Part shown: positions 54,598 through 64,000 of the stretch, piece by piece
Position numbering within the stretch: the first letter of the stretch is position 1
Layout: each line of letters starts with the position of its first letter
From: Octopus vulgaris
Taxonomy: Eukaryota
Direction: 5' to 3'
Assembly (NCBI GenBank): GCA_951406725.2
Contig: OX597816.1
Coordinates: 71,920,001-71,984,000 of the forward strand
DNA length: 64,000 nt
Notes under the pieces: generated by a model
Database searches by the model: none
What the model saw: only the letters and a program-made list of their open reading frames with translations
Told to the model about the DNA's origin: nothing
Made by a program: the position numbers and the translations under genes

Positions 54598-54860
54598 GGG
54601 ATCACGCTAACTTCTGCTCCTGTGTCGATGAGGGAGCTGCGATCGCGGACATAGTGGAGCATTTAGTCATGTCTGTCAGGGTGTTCAATGGCGGCCGGCC
54701 CTGGAACTTCCATCGGTCACTGGTGAAGGGGTCTTGAACTGCATGGTTATTTGCACTTTGTCGCTTTTTTCCCAAACTTTGCATAGTAGCAGCACAGGTC
54801 ATCATGCTTAACCCTGCCCCGTCTCGTGGCCGACCCTATGGTGTTGACCAGGACACCACT
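54598..54860 (-). mobile_element. Gypsy LTR retrotransposon gag-protease junction fragment
   Basis: Minus strand LCCYYAKFGKKATKCK.PCS (gag CCHC-like C.YH..FG..A.KC..PC), followed by LIDTGAEVSVIP aspartic protease motif. Confidence 0.8.
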
Positions 54861-55255
54861 GGATAAAAAAAATGTCTGTTGGCGCCTTTTGTTAAGCTAT
54901 ACACAAACTAGTGGAGACGAGAATACATTTACCAAAGGTTTGTTACCTTAGGTTCAATAGGGCTTAAGTCATCAGTTGTTTCTGTATAGTTCACTCGAAT
55001 TCTTTTCACGCTCGCTTTTGACATTCTTCTGTTTTCGTGCTGACCAACTTCCTAGCTAGCCCGCAACGAAGTATCTGTCTACAGTTCGTCTACCCTACAC
55101 CCTTCAATCACAAATGACCATGGGATTGCACCTAGAAAGTTATCCTCCAAGGCACAAGTCTGGGCAAGGTTGTTTATGGAACACCAGCAGTCACCCATGC
55201 ATACCAACCTCCCCTCTCCATGCCACCGATGTTGTCCAAGGGAAAAGCAAAGGCC

Positions 55256-55458
55256 GATCTGTTCAATTTGACTAACAGATTTTTTAATTAATTTTTTTTA
55301 ACTAAACTGTTTGAAACTTTGTATACTGGTGTAATTTCTCACGCAGAACACGGTTTGCTTTGAACATTTTGGAAAAAATTTCGTATTTTAGAAGTTATTT
55401 CGTGTTATAGTTGTATTTGCATAATTTTAACCAATCTGTGAGCCAAATTGAACAGATC
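55256..55458. mobile_element. ~200-bp MITE inserted in a family-E SINE
   Basis: TIR GATCTGTTCAATTTGACTAACAGATT / AATCTGTGAGCCAAATTGAACAGATC; the SINE resumes after it; no clear TSD. Confidence 0.75.
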
Positions 55459-56317
55459 CGGCACTAGTGATGTCGCAACTAATTCCTACAGTTGAGTGAA
55501 CTAGAACAACACGAAATAAGTATCTTGCTCAATAATACAACAGGAATTGAACTCACTACCTCATGATTGTGAGTCCTACGCTCTAATCTCTGAGCTATGC
55601 GCCTTCGCATAGTTGCGTATAATTTATCTAATCGATTATACCCCACCCCCTCACAAAATTTCCGTAGTTAGGTTTGTAGTAGAAAGAATTATTATTATTA
55701 TCATTTCGTGCCGATATCAAATCTTAGCTTCTTTTTTTTTTTACCGAATCTGGTGCATTCTTTGAGATATCTTACATCATGGATACGGGGGAAATCCCAA
55801 CAATTAGCCAACCGGCAGCATGTGACTTGCAGCCCACACTGCAGAAAGTCAAATACCAGCCCGGTGTGACGTAATGGATCATTTTCGACGTAAGTAGTGT
55901 TCACTTTATATTTTATTTCCCCTGTCACAAGTAATTCGGCAACCAGGACCTTTATTTTGTTAAATCAGTCCACGCTATAAGGGCTCGTGTTGAGAACACG
56001 AGCTCCTTCTCGAAATCTTTCTGCATCTCGTTAATTATAACATTCAGAAGTATCTGTTATGGTTTTCCCTTACAGTTGTGGTCGTCTGTCGCCTTCCTTA
56101 TGGAAAACCACGCATTCACCAACCTACACAAAATACGCTGGACAGAACCTATGACCATTGGAAGCCCTCTGTGTCTGGTGAGACTGATGCCGTTAATGTT
56201 CTATTTAAACTGTTGCAGGTAATCATCTGCTGGAAGACCTGAGCAGGGAGGAGATTCTGGAGGGGAAATGTTCTAGAGATGAAGGATCATACATTGCGAA
56301 TATTGAATGCTTTAGAC

Positions 56318-56630
56318 CAGCGGTTCTCAACCATTTTTCTTTAATCAGTGGACCCGTTTGTTTACTTTATTCAAGTGGACCCCCAGAGCCAATCGATATT
56401 TAAAAACTAATTCTATTGATACTTTCGAAATTCTTATGTTATTCACACATTCACTTGTATAGATTGAACTGTGTAAAATATTAGAGAAAGGAACCAAGCT
56501 GTTTCTTGCAATAAGTACATTTAAATCAAAACTTTTCATGGACCCTTAAATACTACCGTGGATCACCAATTTACTGTTATGTTAGCGTGGACCCCCAGAA
56601 ATCTTATAAGGACCCTCAAGGGTCCATAGA
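56318..56630. mobile_element. hAT-like MITE, right end truncated
   Basis: CTTTAGAC|CAGCGGTTCTCAACC start; repeated TGGACCC subterminal motifs. Confidence 0.65.
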
Positions 56631-57853
56631 ATTAACTCAAAATATTGTTCCGAAGTGATGGAAGCCAACATCAGCTGGTTCATGTTTAGCTAGAACGCAG
56701 AAAGCTTTGACAGGACTAGAACAAAAGTTCAATACTTAACATTACGTTTATGAATTTGTGCTGCAAGATTCCTGGTGTGAAATCGTGTATTTCGGGATGA
56801 CTTTCTTTTTTTTAGCCAAATAAACATACGCACAAGTGAAAGAAGGAATATATAGTGCGTGTGTCATTTGGGGGGAGGGGAAATGACCGTCCCGAAATAC
56901 AATATCAATACTTAACAGTTCATTGTAAATACTCCACTGTCCATGTGACATTTAGTTTCGTATTGCACTTTCTCAGTTATCTTAGCTAATGATTAATGAA
57001 TAAATGTCTTTATAAATAATTCTCATTTTTTTTTTTATGGCTTCGTAATTTATTCTTGATACATCAGAGATTAGATTTACGGGGAAAAAAATTACTGGTA
57101 CACTTCGCTGGAAAAGTTATAAATAAGAAAAAACATTGAAGTTTTATTTACAACAATTAATCATATTTGTGTATAACAAATTTATGAACTCTAGACATTT
57201 AAATATATGGATTCTTCAAACCTTTAAATTATATTATTAAAAACTATAATGCATACAGTTACCCCTTGCAGTGCCCAGTTTAAGTACCATTGCTCTAAGT
57301 CCTTGGGTTTTTTCTTTTTATCTACGTTATCAACCAAAGACACTTTCAGCTTTACTACGAAACCCTTGCTGGAACATCCATGCGCTTTGGTCTGACGAGT
57401 CAGCCAAAGTGAGGAACTTCATGCTTAGAAGTCCAACTTTGCCAAACATCTCAAATGCCACGGATTGGAGGATGTAATTTACCTGTGATTGGTTAGACTT
57501 CTGCGACTTATTCTGTTCATCCAGGTACGTGATAGCCACACAGAAAGACAAATCAATTCCACGTCTTGTTTTCCATTTTCAGTTGGAACTCTTTCCCCCT
57601 TCTTTTGTGTCTTGGGAGAGTCATTTTCTTTTTGTGCCTTATAACACACTCACCGGTAAAATTTCCACTTTTTCTCTTATTTTTATTTTCCTAAAATTTT
57701 CTTTGCGTCTTGCAACATTTTCAATAGTTTTGACTCTCTTGTAAACACCTTTTGGTAAAGGTATGAATGTCATAACCTCCTTTTTATCGCTCTCGAAATT
57801 GTTAATTAATTTCATAACAATTATTGATTATACTCTTCCAGTAAAATTTTGAC

Positions 57854-58788
57854 TATCGTATTTGATGGCATAAAAGACGCACGGGCATATTAGACGCACC
57901 TCAATTTCAACAATGCATATTTTTATATATATATATATAAAACATTGGTACTACTTGAGAACAGTGATCCCGGTGCGCGCACTCGCGTACTCGCGCTAGC
58001 TAGTCATGACTAGTCGATCCTTTGTTTAAAAAATTATTTACTTTGTTTAACAAAAATTATTTACTGTGTAAAAAAAATTATTTATTTTGTGTTTTATTTA
58101 CTTTGCTAGGTAGTCGTTGTAGGATCAACTAGTCACGACTAGCTTACGCGAGTGCGCGCACCGGGGCCACTGTTCTCAAGTAGTACCTAAAACATATAAG
58201 GCGGCGAGCTGGCTGAATCGTTAGCAAGGTTTAAAAGAACGTACTTGAAGCAAAGAGAAAGAAAATGACTTTGCCTTTCATCCTTTCGGGGTCGATAAAT
58301 TAAGTACCAGTTACGCCCTGGGGTCGATGTAATCGACATAATCCGTTTGTCCCCTCTGTGTTTAGTCCCTTGTGGGCAGTAGTGAAATACATATAAACAT
58401 GTACTTCTTTTATAAAACATTGTCATTCTATAAGATTTTGCTGACAAATTTTTAAATCAATATAAACATTTATTTACATGAAAGAAAATTACCGAAAAAC
58501 TTTCTAATTCTTCCAAATCTTTGATAAAACTGTATTGAAACAATTTGCGGGGGAATTTTTTTTTTAAATCACAGCAACTGGTCGCACACCACAAGGTTTA
58601 AAAGAACGTACTTGAAACAAAGAGAAAGAAAGAAAAAATCGTGGCGCTTCTTCAGAAACGCATCTCTCCAATTAACTTGAACCATTTTGGAGAGGTGCGT
58701 TTTCCGAAGAAGCTCCATGAACGTTTTTAGTGCATTCAAACTTAAGTGAAGCCCAACTTCGTATATACGACCCGTCTTGTATACGGTA
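57854..58788. mobile_element. pogo/Tc2-like non-autonomous element hosting a MITE and a SINE
   Basis: TATCGTATTT..ATAAAAGACGCAC start and ..CGTCTTGTATACGGTA end (TA-CCGTA-type termini, degenerate). Confidence 0.45.
57947..58187. mobile_element. MITE with ~70-bp TIRs (GGTACTA...) and 9-bp TSD, Merlin- or MULE-like
   Basis: GGTACTACTTGAGAACAGTG..CCCGGTGCGCGCACTCGCG mirrored at the right end; flanks TAAAACATT / TAAAACATA. Confidence 0.85.
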
Positions 58789-59491
58789 ATTTTCTAGAAC
58801 CCAGTTTGTCCAGATTGAACGAACTTTTCACCAATGATATTGAAACTAGTCATCTTGTTTTATTTTATTTGGCAAAGTGTATGTAGGACTACGATATTTA
58901 ATGCGCTCTCTTTTTTAAATATGATACTGTTGTTTGAAAGACATATTACTATTATTCTTAATGTGTCGAATTACCGAGTTGAGTTCTATTTAATACCTGG
59001 TCAGCCTTGACCAAGTAGATCTGTGATCACATTCCAACTTTGATCATCCGGTCTTTTTTTTTTTTTTCGGTCGGTTTACTACAGTTTTCAATATAGCCTT
59101 TATTTTTTTACGGATGATAGGGTAGTGTGATTTGAGAGCGACTTAGCTACTATTTTTAGCAGGTTTTAAAGATTACCTATGGAATCCCTTCGTTTTTTTT
59201 ATTCCGTTTTATCCCAATAATCTGAAGGAGGCGGTGAGGTTAAAGAAATTATGAAGCTATTTAAGTATTGTAGCCAGGTACTAATCCGTTCCTACGAATA
59301 TCGAGAACACTGTATTTTGTAATTATTTCATCGAAACGTTAATGTTGGCGCATGCTTTTTTGTATTTGCATATGATTGGGTTTAACATCGATCCATGAGC
59401 AGTTGACTTAGACTTCAAAATACAAATGATCAATTGTAAATATGACACTATTTGGACTTAGACGGAAAACACGGAGTGTCAATATCCTTAA

Positions 59492-59835
59492 CTAACAGTA
59501 TCGCCCGGCGTTGCTCGGGTTTGTTTCGACCCTTTAGAATTGGAATTTTTGAAAAGTCAAAATGTTTGCATTATGTAGCTTGTTATTTTCTTCAAGTGAA
59601 TATTTTTCTGGTTGAAATACACCGAAAAATGGCGACACAGCAGTCAAAAAACCGTAAAAAATAGGGATTTTCATAGAAAAAAATCACCTTTTTGATGTAA
59701 GTAATTTTTGGTGTTAACATGATCCGATTTGAATTTTATCTTCTACGGAAGGGAGAGGAAGCCTTCTTCTATCATACTCTCAATTTTGGTCAACTTGCGC
59801 CGCAGGGTCTCGGAGGAGATAGTGTTAGTTGAAAG
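59492..59835 (-). mobile_element. Second Helitron-like element with the same 3' terminus but a different body
   Basis: CAGTATCGCCCGGCGTTGCTCGGGTTTGT is identical to 14571-14599; the sequences diverge beyond it; truncated by a SINE. Confidence 0.7.
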
Positions 59836-60601
59836 CTACAGGGACATAAACACAGCACCATCGGTTGTCAAGTGATGGTGGGGGAGACATAAATATATAT
59901 ATATATACGACGGGCTTCTTTCGGTTTCCGTCTACCAAATCCACTCACAATGCTTTGGTCGGCCCAAGGCTATAGTAGAAGACACTTGCCCAAGATGCCA
60001 CTCAGTGGAACTGAACCCAGAACCATGTATTTGGAAAGCAAGCTTTTTTTGCCACACAGCCACGCTTGCGCCTGTTGGAAAAATATAAGTCGGCTAAACA
60101 TTTTGAAAAGCAGGTCACATTTTCATCATACATGCGTACTGCAATTCGTTCCCATCATCCACCTTTGGGGATAGAGGAATCTCCATCTTGAATTTTCTTC
60201 ATGGCATGAGTCAAACTCTAAAGGAGAGTATATTTTTACATTTGAACGAAACGAAAACCATTTTTTAAAAAAATTCCAACCTCACTTGCAATATTTTTAA
60301 GCTTTCATTTCTTGTTCAATGCTTTTCCAGATTCAGTAAAGAATATTGTCACATCAGAACTAGCATTTTCGTGTTAGTCTGCCTCTTTTTACACACCACA
60401 CTCCCCATTAGCCCCCCAAATTGCTATTGAGACAAAACACGAAATATAAATGGTAAAAACGATTACAATTTGAAAAAAAAACACGGTTTAAACAGTGGTA
60501 AAAAGGAAATTTTGTAAATTGATATAAAGTAAATTATATAAAAGTGCCAACGAGGAACCCGAGATGAAGGTGAAAAATATCAAAGCAACAGTGGATGAAT
60601 T

Positions 60602-60958
60602 AAATAAGAGCACTCAGAGAGCGCAATCCTCCGCCAAGGCAACACCAACGTCTTCTCAATGATTAAATGATTTTTTAAATGAGAATATCTGAAATAAACT
60701 TGACAGCTCTCAGAAACGAGAATACCAAAAATGAACCCGACCACTCTCAAAAATGAAGTAAGAAACCGGAAAAATTATCCAGAATCCTTGTCCGATACCG
60801 GATCGATCCCAGAATCTAATCAGTTCGTGCCAGTCACAAGGTCAAACATCCCTGAAAGTTTCGTCCAAATTTATCCAGCGATTCTTGAGATATCTTGTCC
60901 ACGAACAAACAAACAAATACGACTGAAAACAATGCCTTCGCTAAGGCGGAGGTAATCT
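60602..60958. mobile_element. Helentron-associated/DINE-1-like non-autonomous element
   Basis: Asymmetric sub-TIRs CCTCCGCC (~60628) and GGCGGAGGTAAT (60946-60957), (ACAA)n microsatellite near one end, AAAGTTTCGTCCAAAT core. Confidence 0.6.
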
Positions 60959-61504
60959 TGTTTTTTTATTGCCCACAAGGGGCTAAACATTGAGGAAACA
61001 AACAAGGACAGACAGAGAGATTAAGTCGATTACATCGACCCCAGTACGTAACTGGTACTTGGAGGTAAACTAAAAGCCGTACAGCAAACACGAGTCGACC
61101 AGTTTGAGGCAAAAGGCGTCTGATCACGTTCACATACTCGAGAAATACTGACACACTTCAAATTCCTTTGTTGCCATAGTGTTGGACAAGTAAGTATTTA
61201 AATATTTCAAATAATCTTAAGGTGGGGATGTAAAGTCATAATCTATGTTGTTGAAAATATAGAATTCTGAAGAAATTTTTAAGGCAAAAAAGTTTACATA
61301 TAACAAAGGTGTTAGGGGTGCACATTCGATATGTCCGCTCCAAGTTATCCCAATTTACAAACGTTTAATACTCACTATTTGCTAATACGATAAAAATACT
61401 TGGTGTTGTGGCTAAATTTGATTTTTTTTTTTTTTTGTCACCTTTTTTCGGAAACAGCTTTATGTATCTATGAACAGCGTTGGAAAGCATAAAGATTAAA
61501 GTTA

Positions 61505-61875
61505 GGTACTATTAGCGAACAGTGGTCCCGGTGCGCGCACTCGCGCTAGCTAGTCCTAAGTAGTCGATCCTACAACGACCTTTTAACCCTAACCTTAGTT
61601 TGTTTATAAAAATAATTTATTTACTTAGTTTAAAAAATTATTTACTTTGCGTTTTATTTAATTTGGGTAAAAAAAATTATATACACTGTTTTAAAAAACA
61701 ATTTATTTACTTAGTTTAAAAATTATTTACTTTGTTCGAAAAATATTATTTAATTTTCCTTTGATATGTATTCAGCCTTGAAATACAAACATACGCGCAA
61801 GTCCTTGTAAGATCGTCTACTTATGACTAGCTAGCGCGAGTGCGCGCACCGGGATCACTGTTCGCTTGTAGTACC
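61505..61875. mobile_element. Second GGTACTA MITE with a perfect 9-bp TSD
   Basis: TTAAAGTTA|GGTACTA...TAGTACC|TTAAAGTTA; long TIRs; internal AAAAATTATTTACTT repeats and TAACCCTAACC. Confidence 0.92.
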
Positions 61876-61959
61876 TTAAAGTTATAGTTGAGAAAAAGTT
61901 AGCTGACATGGAGGACTGGAAGCTATAAAGAATGTAAGACGTGCCCCACGTATCATGAA

Positions 61960-63318
61960 AACTAAGTTCCCTCAAACTATGATGGCCTTTGGATGTGTTT
62001 CCAGTGAGGTTGACGTCATACTGTCTCACATCTTTGAGCAGGGCCTTAGGCTCAATTCAGACGGCTATGTGTAGCTGTTGGAGACTGGTCAAACCTGGCT
62101 GCAGGATCCTTGCCATACCTCCAGAAAGAGTCAGAAGTCGTTTTTGGAGAATTCTCACGACTTCACCAGCTCCATTTTCTAGCCTCTTAATTTACCTGGG
62201 TTACTAATTATGGGGCGCGGTTGAGAAAGACGCCAACCGCTCTGCATGCAACAACCACTCCGAAACCGATACTAGCCGCTCTATCCACAATACCAAGGCC
62301 GAACTGGTGGCCAAGGTCAAGGAGATGTTCGAATATCTTCTCAGGGACACAGTAAGGGACACATGCGCCAGATTTTGAAGCCGTCTTGAGGCTGTGGTGG
62401 AAACTGAGGGTGGTTACTTTGGTCAAACTGTTATCTCCTAGTCATAACCAAGTTGGGCAATCTTTCGTTTGTAGTAGCACGTTTCCGTCGATGATTTCCG
62501 TAAAAAACTTTTATTTTTTTACATATGGGTTTGCGGGAACATTTGAAGTAATGAGAGCGAAAGAGACTAAGAGAAAGCGATTTTATGACGAGGGAATTTT
62601 TTTTTTGAAGTAATGAAAGCATTGATGTACATGTGTGTGTGTGTTTGATGGGGTGTAGGAGACAGACAGTATGTTGTGTAAGTGAAGTGCTTCTGTTAGT
62701 ATGTGTGAAAGAAAGAGATAACTGAAATTTTTTACTCGGTGTATGTGTATATGTATGTATGTATGTATGTGTGTATGTATGTATGTGTATGTATCTATGT
62801 ATGTGTGTATGTATGTATGTATGGCCGATTCAGTGTACACTGAATCGGCCATACATACATACACATACATGCATACATACATATACACATACACCGAGTA
62901 AAAAATTTCAGTTATCTCTCTCTTTCACACATTACTCTCTCTGTCTCTTCACACACACTAACAGAAGCACTTCACTTACACAACATACTGTCTGTCTCCC
63001 ACACCCCATCAAACACACACACACACACACACACATGTACATCAATGCTTCGGTAATTTCAAAAAAATTCCCTCGTCATAAAATCGCTTTCTCTTAGTCT
63101 ATTTCGCTCTTACTTCAAATGTTCCCGCAAACCCATATGTAAAAAAATAAAAGTTTTTTACGGAAATCATCGACGGAAACGTGCTACTACAAACGAAAGA
63201 TCGGCCCCAAGTTGATACCTTTGATTTTTTTTTTTTTTTCAAATACTTCAATTTTTGGATGGGATATGTTTTCCTTTCATTCTATGCAACCAATCAAATT
63301 TAGCCGAATACCCTGTGT
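61960..63318 (+). mobile_element. Decayed DD37D-like Tc1 element, split by the palindromic insertion
   Basis: ..QD..CHTSRKSQ..F.ENSHDF..; WGAVEKDANR..; TKAELVAKVKE..; RLEAVVETEGGYF; terminal ..ACCCTGTGTA at ~63309-63318. Confidence 0.7.
62456..63206. mobile_element. Spacerless palindromic (foldback) element, ~750 bp, 8-bp TSD CCAAGTTG
   Basis: 62460-62836 is the reverse complement of 62837-63201 apart from a few substitutions and indels; centre GGCCGATTCAGTGT|ACACTGAATCGGCC; CCAAGTTG at 62448-62455 and 63207-63214. Confidence 0.92.
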
Positions 63319-64000
63319 AATACTACTGGGCACTGCTTAACTATAGAGGTCCCGATGCATCTACGTAACGATATGTTTTTACAGTACACACTCATTAGGG
63401 TTAGTGTCATTACACGTCCACACAGTCGGGACGGGACCTCTGTATTTAAGTTGTACCTATTACTGTTTGGTGCGTCAAGAATCGCTCGATTTTATTTCAT
63501 AATTTTGTCTTCTACAGTACCAATTTTGTCTCGGTTTTCAACATTAGATTTCTCTCGTTCAGATCTTTTAAACAAAACTCTAATTTCTGTCTAAACATAT
63601 GACTAGTCAAAGTGTTACTCCCGTTCCAATTTGATTACATTTTACCTCATGTGTCTTTTTTACTTGCTGCATCAAATATGACAAGATTTAGAAAATTAAA
63701 TTCCTTTTATTGAGATATTGCAATACATATAAGTCTAACTAAAATAACCCTTTCTATTATAGGCATAAAGCCTGAAATTTTGGGAAGTGGTTAGTCAATT
63801 AATTGACCCCAGTGCTCAACAGGTACTTTATTTCATTGACCCCCGAAAGGATGAAAGGTGAAGTCGACCTCGTCGGCATTTGAACTTAGAACCTAAAAAC
63901 AGTGAAATCCCACAAAGCATTGTGTTCAGCATGCTAAATAAATTCTGCTAGCTCGCCGTCTTAAGCCTAATTAAAATAAATACACAGACTATATTACTTA

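Noticed and set aside
57271-57551. Overlapping short ORFs, a CAG|GTACGT donor and a CTTTGG-TCTGAC-GA-GTCAG-CCAAAG hairpin containing CTGACGA
   Set aside because: No recognisable protein, stops in all + frames before the donor, and no correctly placed GAAA/stem III for a hammerhead.

Overview
Eukaryotic, AT-rich, very repeat- and microsatellite-dense genomic DNA. The SINE/RTE repertoire and the abundance of (TA)n, (CAT)n and (TCTA)n suggest a coleoid cephalopod (Octopus-like); this is an inference. One protein-coding gene is well supported: NACA (nascent polypeptide-associated complex alpha), minus strand, about 37.5-52.65 kb. It has a non-coding 5'TOP/TCT first exon plus six coding exons, all GT-AG, giving 214 aa. 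Almost all ORFs in the supplied track are microsatellite or SINE artefacts. The remainder is nested transposon debris: four tRNA-derived SINE families, RTE LINE 3' ends, Tx1/L1-like, CR1/Jockey-like, Penelope-like and Gypsy fragments, mariner, Tigger/pogo and DD37D Tc1 remnants, hAT, piggyBac and Merlin/MULE-like MITEs, Helitrons and a Helentron-type element. I found no convincing novel multi-gene system. The most notable oddities are a ~750-bp spacerless palindromic element with an 8-bp TSD, three Tx1-like insertions piled into one (TCTA)n tract, a 52-bp-periodic STAT/ETS-motif array, a UUCG-capped hairpin in NACA intron 1, and several locally templated insertion scars. Coordinates were counted by hand; element ends without TSDs are approximate.
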